Shown: positions 1 to 10,020, numbered from the stretch's first letter. The stretch is DNA of 64,000 nucleotides from Lachnospiraceae bacterium (GCA_017936785.1 JAGBEV010000036.1:18408-82407); one strand, 5' to 3'. Notes: generated from the sequence alone by a model not told the origin. Numbers and translations: made by a program.

Positions 1-878
1 ACCAGAAGTTTTCCGGTTTCTGCATTATATCCCTTTTCGTCGACTCCCTTGCCTTCCCAGCGGATTTTAATGCCCAATTCTCCAAATGCCGCTTCCACAA
101 ACTGGCGCACTGTATGGGTCTCATTGGTGGCAAGAACAAAATCTCCCGCCTTGTCATTCTGTAAAATTCTCCACATACCTTCTACATAATCACCGGCAAA
201 TCCCCAGTCTCTCTTTGCATCCATATTTCCCAATGTCAGCTTTTCCTGATTGCCTGCCATCATATTAGCAATTGCTAACGTTATCTTGCGGGTTACAAAA
301 TTTTCTCCTCTTCTGGGAGATTCATGATTGAATAAAATGCCGTTGCAGGCAAACATATTATAAGATTCCCTGTAGTTTACCGTGATCCAATAGGAATACA
401 GCTTTGCAACTCCGTAGGGACTTTTGGGATAGAAAGGAGTTTTTTCACTTTGGGGAGCAGTCTCAGGAATACCTCCGAAAAGCTCTGAAGTGGATGCCTG
501 ATAATATCTGCAGTTACCGCCGTTTACACGGATCGCCTCCAACAGTTTTAAGGTGCTGACCCCTGTAGCCTCTGCTGTATATTCAGGCACATCAAAAGAA
601 ATCCCCACATGTGACTGGGCTGCCAGGTTATAAACTTCTGTAGGCTTGATCTCTCCGATCAGGCGCATTAAATTACTGGAATCAGTGGTATCCGCAAAAT
701 GAAGAAAGAATTTCACCTTATGATATGCCGATGCGATCAGATGATCGATCCTTTCTGTATTGCTGATACTGTGTCTTCTGATCAGACCGTGTACTTCATA
801 ACCTTTTTCCAGCAGAAACTCTGCCAGATATGATCCGTCCTGTCCTGTAATACCCGTAATAAGTGCTACATTTTTCAT
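1..878 (-). CDS. gmd: GDP-mannose 4,6-dehydratase (3' end runs off the window)
   Basis: Not in the ORF track; my translation of the minus strand from the ATG at 878 gives [31 protein letters not shown]...YNLAAQSHV...[10 protein letters not shown]...[11 protein letters not shown]...[17 protein letters not shown], the Gmd signature motifs. Confidence 0.95.
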   Translation of the reverse strand, partial: MKNVALITGITGQDGSYLAEFLLEKGYEVHGLIRRHSISNTERIDHLIASAYHKVKFFLHFADTTDSSNLMRLIGEIKPTEVYNLAAQSHVGISFDVPEYTAEATGVSTLKLLEAIRVNGGNCRYYQASTSELFGGIPETAPQSEKTPFYPKSPYGVAKLYSYWITVNYRESYNMFACNGILFNHESPRRGENFVTRKITLAIANMMAGNQEKLTLGNMDAKRDWGFAGDYVEGMWRILQNDKAGDFVLATNETHTVRQFVEAAFGELGIKIRWEGKGVDEKGYNAETGKLL

Positions 879-1100
879 AGTTTTTGTCATTCCTTTCAAT
901 TCACTGCGGCACAGATTATAACTGCCGTCTTTTTCCTAAAAAGTTTTTATTCCTTAGTATGCGACAATTCTTCCGTTTTAGTTCGCTTTCACTAATTTAC
1001 TCCAACGGGATTTAGAAAGCAATGGACAATTTTGCCATAAAATAGTAAAATATTGCTATCATTATTTTTTCATTAAAAGCATTGATTTCAGGTGATTTTT

Positions 1101-1940
1101 ATGAACAATTTCAATTCAAATCGTATTATTACAACACCATCCTCTTACGCCAGGGACCATTATCTGTACGTACAGGAAACAGGCTCTCTGCAAAGTATAG
1201 AGCCCCACATCAGCCGCCGTGACAATCTGGCTTCCCTGCTGTTCTTTATTGTTATGAAAGGCAGCGGTACCTTGACCTACAGGGGCAAAAAACAGACCAT
1301 CAATACGGGCGACTGTATTTTTATCAATTGTCTGGAAGAATACTCCCACGAAAGCAGCCAAAATGATCCCTGGGAATTATCCTGGGTACATTTTTACGGA
1401 AAAGAAGCTGCGGAAATTTACAGGCATTATCAGGAGCAGGGCGGTCATTATCTATTTCATCCTTCAGACGCCTCCCCGCTGATCCATGCCCTAAAAAATC
1501 TATTTGATGAACAGGATACCAAAGGTACTTTTTTTGAACTAAAATGCCACAAAAATCTGACGGATATCGTTACTGCCTGCTACCTGGAATCCGCTTCTAT
1601 CCAGGAAGAAAAAAGCGACAGCACCTATGGCAAGATTCTCTCCATCCGTTCCTATCTGGATGAACATTTCGCTGATGATATTGATCTGGACATGCTTTCC
1701 CGCCGGTTTTTTATCAGCAAATTCCACCTCTCCAGGGAATTTAAAAAGATAACCGGCATCACTTTGGGCAATTATTTAAACGGACGGCGCATCAACGAAG
1801 CCAAACGGCTTTTGCGCTTTACCAAAGAACCTATAGGAGCCATTGCCGCTGCCTGCGGCATTCCTGATGTGAATTACTTTACTAAAGTATTTTCCAAATA
1901 TGAGGCCATGACACCCAGTGCTTACAGGAAGAAGTGGTAA
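1101..1940 (+). CDS. AraC family transcriptional regulator
   Basis: N-terminal cupin-like sensing domain and C-terminal double HTH (SKFHLSREFKKITG...IAAACGIPDVNYFTKVFSKYEAMTPSAYRK). Confidence 0.93.
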   Translation: MNNFNSNRIITTPSSYARDHYLYVQETGSLQSIEPHISRRDNLASLLFFIVMKGSGTLTYRGKKQTINTGDCIFINCLEEYSHESSQNDPWELSWVHFYGKEAAEIYRHYQEQGGHYLFHPSDASPLIHALKNLFDEQDTKGTFFELKCHKNLTDIVTACYLESASIQEEKSDSTYGKILSIRSYLDEHFADDIDLDMLSRRFFISKFHLSREFKKITGITLGNYLNGRRINEAKRLLRFTKEPIGAIAAACGIPDVNYFTKVFSKYEAMTPSAYRKKW

Positions 1941-1999
1941 ATTATATTTTTACATTTTATCATTATATTAAGAAACTTGGTTATGTTTTTCATATTTCC

Positions 2000-2028
2000 T
2001 TGATAATAAAAAAAACTTGGTCTATAAT
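2000..2028 (+). promoter_or_regulatory. sigma-A type promoter for the DUF212 gene
   Basis: TTGATA (2000-2005), 17 nt spacer, TATAAT (2023-2028). Confidence 0.7.
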
Positions 2029-2080
2029 ATTTTATAAAGTTTTAAGATTTTATTTATTATTCATCGAAGAAGGAAATTTT

Positions 2081-2548
2081 ATGAACATCGTTAATCAGAT
2101 TATAAAGAATCCTATTTTTGTCTGTGCCGCATTGGGCTGGTTTGTTGCACAAGTCTTAAAGACCATTATCCATTGTATTGTAAATAAAGAATTTGTCCTG
2201 GAACGGCTGATCGGAAACGGCGGCATGCCCAGTTCCCACTCCGCAACAGTGTGTGCTCTTGCCACAGCTACCGGAATGACCTGCGGTTTTGACGGTTTCC
2301 CCTTTGCAATGTCTACCTTTTTTGCCATCATTGTCATGAACGATGCCATGGGAGTCCGTCTGGAGACCGGCAAGCAGGCAATCGTATTAAATGATATGAT
2401 GGAGCTTTTTAAGGAAATGGGACGTTGGGATGGGAAACATCCCATTGAACATCTGAAAGAATTTGTAGGACATACTCCCCTGCAAATCCTGATCGGTGCA
2501 ATATTAGGTATCTGTATTGCAGTCACATACTGCAATCTTGCATTATAA
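2081..2548 (+). CDS. Divergent PAP2 family (DUF212) membrane protein
   Basis: GGMPSSHSA, DAMGVR and LKEFVGHTPLQ motifs; AAGGA RBS before the ATG at 2081. Confidence 0.9.
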   Translation: MNIVNQIIKNPIFVCAALGWFVAQVLKTIIHCIVNKEFVLERLIGNGGMPSSHSATVCALATATGMTCGFDGFPFAMSTFFAIIVMNDAMGVRLETGKQAIVLNDMMELFKEMGRWDGKHPIEHLKEFVGHTPLQILIGAILGICIAVTYCNLAL

Positions 2549-2559
2549 AAAAGACTAAC

Positions 2560-2612
2560 AAAAATCGTATGTATTTTCCTGAAAACTGTTGTCCGGAATA
2601 CATACGATTTTT
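2560..2612. terminator. Probable bidirectional terminator (16-bp inverted repeat)
   Basis: AAAAATCGTATGTATT (2560-2575) / AATACATACGATTTTT (2597-2612) between convergent genes. Confidence 0.7.
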
Positions 2613-2621
2613 TACTTTCCA

Positions 2622-3554
2622 TTATTTTTCTTCTGATTCTTTTACTTCGTCAATGAGATACGGCGGTCTGTTCCGGGAGGCATCTAAAGCCCTCCATACG
2701 TATTCTCCCAAAATTCCCATCATCAGCATCATACAGCCGAAAGAGAAAAGCACCACACACATAAGGGATGCCCAGCCCAGGATCGGAGTACCCACCATAA
2801 CTTTTTCAACAATTACCTCAATCGCCATCAAAACGGAAACCACAAAAAAGAGCACACCTACCGTTGACATGAAACGGATGGGGAAATAAGAAAAGCTCAA
2901 CATGGAATCCATGGCTAACTTGACCTTCTTGGACAAAGTCCAACGGGATTTTCCCACTTCTCTGTCCTTTCGATGGAAATATACGTGGTCTGTTTTAAAC
3001 CCAGCCCACAGAACCTGTAAGGTCAGGGATGAATTTTTCTCATCCAGCATTTCCAGCACATTGATCACCTGTCGGTCCAATAAATAGCAGTCACAGCCTC
3101 CCACCGGCATTTTGTCATTTACCAGTTTATGAATGATCACATAATACATATGGGCAAAAAATTTTTTCACAGGATTTTCATCCCGGTCTGAACGCACCGC
3201 AAGGACTACTTTATTTCCCTTTTTCCAACTCTCGTACATCTCCAGAATGATTTCACTGTCTTCCTGGAGATCAGCCTGTTTTGTCACGGCACAATCACCG
3301 GTACAAACAGACAATCCCGCCAGGAGCGCCGCATGTTCTCCAAAATTCCGGGACAGCTTCACGCATTTGGTATTGCCGTCCATTTCCTTAATTTGATTCA
3401 TGATCTCCCAGGAATTGTCTCCGGAGCCGTCATCTACAAAAACAAGTTCATAGTCTCCCAGCCTGCCCAGGATTTTTTCCTTCATATCTTCATAAAGCAT
3501 CATCAGCGTGTCGGAATTATAATAAACCGGCACTACGATAGAAATCTTACTCAT
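2622..3554 (-). CDS. GT2 polyprenyl-phosphate glycosyltransferase (GtrB/ArnC/DPM1-like)
   Basis: ISIVVPVY, FVDDGSGD, LSRNFGEHAA, ADLQ motifs, two C-terminal TM helices and a GILGEYVWR...RPPY tail typical of GtrB. Confidence 0.88.
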   Translation of the reverse strand: MSKISIVVPVYYNSDTLMMLYEDMKEKILGRLGDYELVFVDDGSGDNSWEIMNQIKEMDGNTKCVKLSRNFGEHAALLAGLSVCTGDCAVTKQADLQEDSEIILEMYESWKKGNKVVLAVRSDRDENPVKKFFAHMYYVIIHKLVNDKMPVGGCDCYLLDRQVINVLEMLDEKNSSLTLQVLWAGFKTDHVYFHRKDREVGKSRWTLSKKVKLAMDSMLSFSYFPIRFMSTVGVLFFVVSVLMAIEVIVEKVMVGTPILGWASLMCVVLFSFGCMMLMMGILGEYVWRALDASRNRPPYLIDEVKESEEK

Positions 3555-3978
3555 CTTCTCTGTTCCCTTTTACTTCTTTCAAAAATGCGTCGTAATCTCT
3601 GATATATTCTGCACCGTCATAATGTTCGCTGGCTAAGACTAAAAGCACGGAATCGGCAGAAAAGTCATACATATCCTTCCAGACCATGGTATCGATATAA
3701 AGTCCCATACGGGGCTTGTTCAATTCTATGATCTCCGTCTCCATGCCATTATCTACCTTTACTTTGCTGGTGCCGCTGACATTGATCAAAACAAATTCCG
3801 TCTTGCGGTTTGCATGTTGTCCCCTGACGATATCAGGATCAGAACCATACATATAAAAAACCCGTTTAATGTCAAAGGGAACATCCATTCCACTTCCCTC
3901 AGCTACAACCAGATTGCCTCTTTCATCACCGAATTCATTAAAGTTAATAATCCGAAACTGTTCATTTAAATGCTTCAT
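3547..3978 (-). CDS. dTDP-4-keto-6-deoxyglucose 3,4-ketoisomerase (FdtA/QdtA cupin)
   Basis: DERGNL, PFDIKRVFY, RGQHAN, LLVLASEHYD..EYIRDY motifs. Confidence 0.88.
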   Translation of the reverse strand: MKHLNEQFRIINFNEFGDERGNLVVAEGSGMDVPFDIKRVFYMYGSDPDIVRGQHANRKTEFVLINVSGTSKVKVDNGMETEIIELNKPRMGLYIDTMVWKDMYDFSADSVLLVLASEHYDGAEYIRDYDAFLKEVKGNREDE

Positions 3979-4035
3979 CTTTTACTTCCTTAACATTCAC
4001 TTTCCACAAAATCATATTTTCTTTTGTAAAATAGT

Positions 4036-5127
4036 TCAAAATCTATTGATGGCATCAATGACGCAGGTCTGCTCCTCTTCCGTCATGCCGTTATACATAG
4101 GAATGGACAGCACTTCCTTTGCCAGCCTTTCCGTAATGGGGAAATCTCCCTCTTTCCATCCCAGATAATGATAAGCCTCCGCTAAGTGTGGGGGAATAGG
4201 GTAATGGATAATGGTCCCTATTTCCTTCTCATTGAGATAAGCTATCAGCGCATCCCGCTCCTTACAACGGATTACAAACTGGTGATATACATGGGTGGCT
4301 CCAGGAATATCCATAGGCAGTTGAATTTTATCATTTTTGATCTCTGCCAGATAGCGTGCCGCAATTTTTCTCTTTTCTTCCGTAAGCTCGTCCATATGGG
4401 AAAGTCTGACTCTCAGCAGCCCTGCCTGTATTTCATCCAGCCGGGAATTGGTTCCCACCACTTTATTATAATACCGCTTTTCGCTTCCATAATTGCGGAA
4501 AATTTTCATATCCTTTGCAATCTGCTCATCATCGGTCACAATGGCGCCGCCGTCTCCAAAGGCTCCCAGATTTTTGGAAGGATAAAAGGAAAAGCAGCCA
4601 ATATCTCCAAAAGTTCCTGTCATCTTTCCCTGAAAACATGCTCCGTGAGACTGTGCACAATCCTCTACTAAACGCAGATCATATTTTTTGCAAATTTTCA
4701 AAATGGGCTCCATATTGGTAGCCTGTCCGTATAAATGAACCACCAGAATGGCTTTTGTCCTGTCTGTGATCTTTTCTTCTATTTTTGCCGGATCGATCTC
4801 ATAATAATCATCCGGCTCTACAAATACAGGTGTGGCACCATTTATGGTAATACCCATGACGCTGGCAATATAAGTATTTCCCTGTACGATGACTTCATCT
4901 CCCAAACCGATACCCAGAACCCGGAATGCAAGCCAAAGGGCATCCAGTCCGCTGGCAAGTCCCACACAATAAGCTGCTCCCGTATACGCTGCAAATTCTT
5001 CCTCAAAGGCAGTTACTTCTTTTCCGAGCACATACCAGCCGGAACGAAGCACTTCAAGAGCCTTCTGTTCAAATTCTTCCTGATATTGGTAAAAACCCCG
5101 GTCCATCCGGTTTGGCATAATCTTCAT
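4036..5127 (-). CDS. DegT/DnrJ/EryC1/StrS aminotransferase (FdtB/QdtB-like)
   Basis: SGWYVLG, EDCAQSHGA, FSFYPSKNLGAFGDGG (PLP lysine), NSRLDEIQA; adjacent to the fdtA-like gene. Confidence 0.92.
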   Translation of the reverse strand: MKIMPNRMDRGFYQYQEEFEQKALEVLRSGWYVLGKEVTAFEEEFAAYTGAAYCVGLASGLDALWLAFRVLGIGLGDEVIVQGNTYIASVMGITINGATPVFVEPDDYYEIDPAKIEEKITDRTKAILVVHLYGQATNMEPILKICKKYDLRLVEDCAQSHGACFQGKMTGTFGDIGCFSFYPSKNLGAFGDGGAIVTDDEQIAKDMKIFRNYGSEKRYYNKVVGTNSRLDEIQAGLLRVRLSHMDELTEEKRKIAARYLAEIKNDKIQLPMDIPGATHVYHQFVIRCKERDALIAYLNEKEIGTIIHYPIPPHLAEAYHYLGWKEGDFPITERLAKEVLSIPMYNGMTEEEQTCVIDAINRF

Positions 5128-5162
5128 ACGAATTCTCCAATTTTGCTTATAAAACTCTTTTT

Positions 5163-5213
5163 ATTTTACCATTGCGTACTTTGCTAGTCAAATACTTCCT
5201 AACATGCTATAAT
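5163..5213. promoter_or_regulatory. Back-to-back divergent sigma-A promoters
   Basis: Minus strand TTGACT-17-TAAAAT with TG extension (5191..5163); plus strand TAGTCA-17-TATAAT with TG extension (5185..5213). Confidence 0.6.
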
Positions 5214-5246
5214 CTCATGGAAAGCGGTTAAAATAAGGAAGTGCCT

Positions 5247-6812
5247 ATGAAAACAGTTAGTAAAAGCAAACAGATTATGGTAAATATGGCTGCCAGTATG
5301 GTGTCTACTTTGGTCAGCCTTGCTATTAGTTTTATTTTATCCCCTATTATCATTGATAAACTGGATTATGAAGCTTATGGGTTTATGACCCTTGCCAACG
5401 ATTTTGTCAGTTATGCAAACATTGCAGCAATGGCTTTAAATTCCATGGCAGGACGTTTTATTACCGTCAGTCTGACCAAAGGGGATTATGACAACGCAAA
5501 TAAATATTTTAATTCCACCATGTACGCCAATATGGTGATCGTGGCGGCATTGTTTATTCCCTGTGTATTGGTCGTTACTTTTCTGGACAAACTGGTGAAC
5601 ATCTCTCCTGCATTGACTCCCGATGTAAAGCTTTTGTTTGCCCTGACTTTCCTGAATTTTATGATAACGATTATCAGCACTACCTTTTCCACTGCCACAT
5701 TTGCGGCAAACAGGCTGGACTTACAGGCATTCCGCTCCATTGAGTCCCAGATGCTTCGTTCTGTTATTTTAATTGTAACCTTTTTCTTTCTGCCCATTCA
5801 TGTTTCTTATACAAGCGCTGCCTCCCTGGCTGCAACGGTCTATCTGCTTTTTACGTATATCCACTATACCAAAAAGCTGATGCCCCAGATCGAAGTGAGC
5901 AGAAAACATTTCAGCATAAAAAAAGTGTTGGAAATCCTGTCTGCCGGCATCTGGAACACAGTTATGCGGGCGGGGCAGACCCTGACCAACGGTCTGGATA
6001 TCCTTATTACCAATCTGTTTATCGGCGGTACTGAAATGGGCTATATCAGCACTTCCAAGACTATTGTTGTGGCGATCAATACCCTGTATGAAACCATTTC
6101 TGCAGTGTTTACGCCATCTCTTACCATCAGCTACGCCAAAGAAAACAAAAAAGAGCTGTTGGAGGATCTGACAAGCGCAATGAAAATGACCGGCTTTTTT
6201 GCTAATATCCCTTTGTGCTTTGTGGTTGCTTTCGGTATTCCGTTTTATACCCTGTGGCTGCCAAATTCCAAGTCCATTACGGACGCTTCCGTTATTCAGA
6301 TCATATATGTGCTAACTCTTCTTACTATGTTCGGAACAATTGTAGGCGGCGTGATCAGCCCCTTATTTAATGTGTATACAGTAGTAAACAAATTAAAATG
6401 GAATTCTATTATCACCCTTGTTATGGGCGTTCTAAGTGCAGGAATTGTTTTTGTACTGTTAGATACCACTTCCCTGGGTGTTTACTGTGTAGCAGGTACT
6501 TCCACGATCCTGGGCATCATAAAAAACATGACTTTTACACCCATGTATGCAGCCCATTGTCTGGAAATACCTAAGAAGTCCTTTTATCCTACCATTATCC
6601 GGTACATTCTGGTAAGCATTGCCATGGGTGCGGTTTTCTATGGATTTTATCTGTTCTTACCTTCGGACAGCTGGTTATGGATTTTTGTGGATGTGGTCAT
6701 CTGTGGTATTGTGGGCTGTATGATCAATCTACTGTTCTTATTTGGTAAGAAGGAACGGGCTATGCTTTTGGATATCATGCAGAAAACATTGCATAGGACA
6801 GGAAGCCGTTAG
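5247..6812 (+). CDS. Wzx-like polysaccharide flippase (MOP superfamily)
   Basis: About 520 aa, ~13-14 hydrophobic segments, N-terminus (NMAASMVSTLVSLAISFILSPIII..L..EAYG) typical of polysaccharide exporters. Confidence 0.82.
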   Translation: MKTVSKSKQIMVNMAASMVSTLVSLAISFILSPIIIDKLDYEAYGFMTLANDFVSYANIAAMALNSMAGRFITVSLTKGDYDNANKYFNSTMYANMVIVAALFIPCVLVVTFLDKLVNISPALTPDVKLLFALTFLNFMITIISTTFSTATFAANRLDLQAFRSIESQMLRSVILIVTFFFLPIHVSYTSAASLAATVYLLFTYIHYTKKLMPQIEVSRKHFSIKKVLEILSAGIWNTVMRAGQTLTNGLDILITNLFIGGTEMGYISTSKTIVVAINTLYETISAVFTPSLTISYAKENKKELLEDLTSAMKMTGFFANIPLCFVVAFGIPFYTLWLPNSKSITDASVIQIIYVLTLLTMFGTIVGGVISPLFNVYTVVNKLKWNSIITLVMGVLSAGIVFVLLDTTSLGVYCVAGTSTILGIIKNMTFTPMYAAHCLEIPKKSFYPTIIRYILVSIAMGAVFYGFYLFLPSDSWLWIFVDVVICGIVGCMINLLFLFGKKERAMLLDIMQKTLHRTGSR

Positions 6813-6822
6813 GAGGTTTTTT

Positions 6823-7893
6823 ATGGCAAAGGTACTTGGAGTGGTCAGCACTCCCTATCATCTTCTGGTTTTTCTTTTTGTTAAGGATGCACTTTTAACA
6901 GATGACGAAGTGGATCTGATTGTGACGGATAAAACCCCTTCTATGGAGGAACTTTATAAGAGTGGCAGGCTGGAGCCTTATTTTCATAAGGTTTCTTTTG
7001 CGGACGGCAGGAAGATCAAAAATCCTTATAAATCTGCAGCAATTACTTTTTGGGAGAGCTTTGTCCACAATGGCACTACGGAAGTTATCATTGATAAACC
7101 GCTGCCGGCTTATGACAAAATGTATTTTGCTTCCCCCGGCACTCCGGATGAAATCGTAAAGGAAATTGCCAAAACCCTTATTAAGAAAAATAGGAAACTG
7201 ACTTTTCACAGATATGAGGACGGATTCGCCAGTTATACCAAAAGACCTGTTCATGTTATCAATACGCCTTCGGGAATGTCCATGTATAAAGCGCTATGGC
7301 ATTATGATATAACCGAAATGGAAAGAGAGATATTGCTATTTGAGCCGGAAATGGCAGAAAAAAATGTGGATTTTGAAAAGATCCGGATTCCCCAGACGCC
7401 GGAACGGATCAGCCGGATCACGAAAATGGCTGAGGATATCTTTCGCTTTAAAGCCCAGGTTCCCCCTCAGGATATTATCTTCTTAGGGCAGGGGACTGAA
7501 AACGGCTCCGGCAATCCCGAAACCTATCAGAGATTGATCCGGAAGCTCAGAGACATTGCGGGAAACGATAATTTTGTTATCAAGCCCCATCCCAGAGGAA
7601 CTCATGACGATTTTCACGGTGAATTACATGTATACAAGGATTCCTGTCCTTTTGAATTAGCTATTGCTTCCGGTGCAATGGAAGAAAAGACTTTGATTTC
7701 TTTTTATTCAACCGCATGTGTCGCAGGAAAATTATTGTTCCATAGCAAATGCCGCATTATTTTTCTTTATCCTTTAGCAGAGGATTCTTTTAATGAAAAA
7801 TGTGATTATGAAGACTACTTCAGCACATTTTCCAGGCTGTGTGAAAATGTCTACATTGCACGGAGCTGGGAAGATGTGGAAAGATTAATATAA
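6823..7893 (+). CDS. Putative nonulosonate (sialyl-type) glycosyltransferase
   Basis: TPYHLL N-terminus, YEDG and KPHPR motifs, C-terminal LISFYSTA; AGGAGG RBS before the ATG at 6823. Confidence 0.65.
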   Translation: MAKVLGVVSTPYHLLVFLFVKDALLTDDEVDLIVTDKTPSMEELYKSGRLEPYFHKVSFADGRKIKNPYKSAAITFWESFVHNGTTEVIIDKPLPAYDKMYFASPGTPDEIVKEIAKTLIKKNRKLTFHRYEDGFASYTKRPVHVINTPSGMSMYKALWHYDITEMEREILLFEPEMAEKNVDFEKIRIPQTPERISRITKMAEDIFRFKAQVPPQDIIFLGQGTENGSGNPETYQRLIRKLRDIAGNDNFVIKPHPRGTHDDFHGELHVYKDSCPFELAIASGAMEEKTLISFYSTACVAGKLLFHSKCRIIFLYPLAEDSFNEKCDYEDYFSTFSRLCENVYIARSWEDVERLI

Positions 7894-7974
7894 GGAATAA
7901 TACAAATGCTTACACCGGGAAAGGAAAAATAAATCATGTATGATGAAGCCAAAAGCCGCTCCGCTTTTTTTCAA

Positions 7975-10020
7975 TTATTCTTGAGCCCTGCTTAAATACG
8001 CATCGTTATTGCCTTCATTTACATAGGTACACACATAGGTCTGTCCCCCATACTCATAAATATCTCCCAAAGAAAGCGTATCCCGCTCTACCATAAGAAT
8101 TGCATCAGGTGCATCCTCACTGGATATTTCCCCGTTTTCTGCAATGATATGGCGCAGTTTTCCTTCCGGATAATCTTCATGGAACATAAGCCACAAGGGA
8201 TAATCGTACCCATCGCCGGAAATGATCAGTCCAATATCCTTCGCCCCTTCTTCCTTTGCCATTTGCAAAAGCTCTTCATAAGATGCAAGTCTCTGATTGA
8301 ATACAAAATAATAGGAAATACGGTTTTCACAGCCATTCTTCAAAAAATCTCCTGCCTGTTTCATATTATAGGTCACAGAGGGAACCGCCAGGATCGTACA
8401 TAATCCGATCAGTACGATCAAAATCGCATTGCGTATACCTTTTTTAAGCTTATCTATAAACAGCCAGAGCAGATTTGCACTCATGATCACAGTGATTGCC
8501 AGCGCAGGATATAACAATCTTGTTCCCCATGGCTGCCAGCGCAGCAGTGCCATGATAAAACCAAAAGAAAGCCATGCGGAAACGGCAAATCCCAAAGAAA
8601 GTTTCCACTGCTTCTTTAATTGAACCTCCGCCTTTTTTCTCCTGATGATCAGACGGATCAAAAGAACGATCAATAAAATCCCCCCAAGCAATGCCAGATA
8701 AGCTGCAAAGGCGCTGGGTGTCTTGTCGTGGGAATACATGTCATCTCCCATATTCATATGATGCAGAAAATCGAAACCGTGAAAAGCGATCGCCTCATTA
8801 TTCACTTCCACTCCCAGAAGCTGTCCTGCATGAATGGCAATACGATATACAAACCCGTTTAAAGGACGGAAAAAATTCTGGGTGATCAAAAGAGAGAAAT
8901 TCTTTAATATATTGACCAGAATGTATTTTACATTTTTAGTGGCGACCATAATATCTCCACTGGCAGTATCCGTCATAATACTTCCGCTGGAAAGAAAAGT
9001 CCTGATCCACGTTTCCGACACAGGTATGATTATGCTGACTGCCGCAATTCCTGCACTTCCGATCAGCTTGCCCGGCTTATCTTTCTTTGCCAGTCTGGAA
9101 ATAAGCAGCCATGGCATGAAAAACAGCATGGAAGCACAAACACTGGTCTTTGCCAGATAAGCAAATGCTACTGTCAATCCAAGCATTATGATAGTCAGCA
9201 CCTGTTCCTTATTTAACAGGATCTGATCCCATTGGACTACACCGATCAATTCATAAACAAATATAGCAAAAAACACGGTTACAAACAGATCGTTCTGGGT
9301 CGTAATGCTCTGGGAAATAGTCAAAGGCATCATCATAAATGCAAAAGCGCCGAACAGAGAAAATGTCCTGTTTGTCCCAAGGCGTCTTGCACTTTGATAG
9401 ATAAAATATGCCGCCAGAAACAAAGATATATACTGCAAAAAATTCACAAAGGTATCATTTCCGCCTAACACCATCATGTGCAGAAGGTTATATTCTGCTA
9501 ACACAGGAGAATATATCTGCCTGTCAATATTGGTCACATAATGAGCAACGCTCTGATGATCTATCCAGTAGCCGATCCGCGCCAGATGATAGGACATGGA
9601 ATCGTAATTATAGGGCACAGTAAAGACCGCACCTATCAAAAGCACAAGAGACAGAACCAGCAATATGCCAAACATGATCCTGCACAGGGTCCTATCCCCG
9701 CTATCTGTGCCCTCTGCTTTGTCATATACCCTTTTCTCTATTCTTTTTCCTTTAAAATAATCCGTTTTTCCTTGAGTTAAAAAAGCCGGCAGACCGTTTT
9801 CTTTTCCATACATCATCACAGCAAAAAAGAAAACCAACAGCCATGAAGAAAAAACCGTATATCTGTTCAGTAAATGAAAAACAGAAAGAAGGTTGGTTAT
9901 GATCAGCAAAAGAACTTCAAAAAACAAAACCGTTCTTGCAACAGCTTCCCCTGTTTCTTTTGTTTTTGCCTTTAAATATCCGTATAATGCGACGGCTGCC
10001 GCCGGTAAAATAAGAATCAT
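7975..10020 (-). CDS. Polytopic membrane protein, putative GT-C glycosyltransferase
   Basis: More than 12 TM segments; external-loop motif PYNYDSMSYHLARIGYW; TQNDL; small C-terminal external domain. Confidence 0.65.
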   Translation of the reverse strand: MILILPAAAVALYGYLKAKTKETGEAVARTVLFFEVLLLIITNLLSVFHLLNRYTVFSSWLLVFFFAVMMYGKENGLPAFLTQGKTDYFKGKRIEKRVYDKAEGTDSGDRTLCRIMFGILLVLSLVLLIGAVFTVPYNYDSMSYHLARIGYWIDHQSVAHYVTNIDRQIYSPVLAEYNLLHMMVLGGNDTFVNFLQYISLFLAAYFIYQSARRLGTNRTFSLFGAFAFMMMPLTISQSITTQNDLFVTVFFAIFVYELIGVVQWDQILLNKEQVLTIIMLGLTVAFAYLAKTSVCASMLFFMPWLLISRLAKKDKPGKLIGSAGIAAVSIIIPVSETWIRTFLSSGSIMTDTASGDIMVATKNVKYILVNILKNFSLLITQNFFRPLNGFVYRIAIHAGQLLGVEVNNEAIAFHGFDFLHHMNMGDDMYSHDKTPSAFAAYLALLGGILLIVLLIRLIIRRKKAEVQLKKQWKLSLGFAVSAWLSFGFIMALLRWQPWGTRLLYPALAITVIMSANLLWLFIDKLKKGIRNAILIVLIGLCTILAVPSVTYNMKQAGDFLKNGCENRISYYFVFNQRLASYEELLQMAKEEGAKDIGLIISGDGYDYPLWLMFHEDYPEGKLRHIIAENGEISSEDAPDAILMVERDTLSLGDIYEYGGQTYVCTYVNEGNNDAYLSRAQE

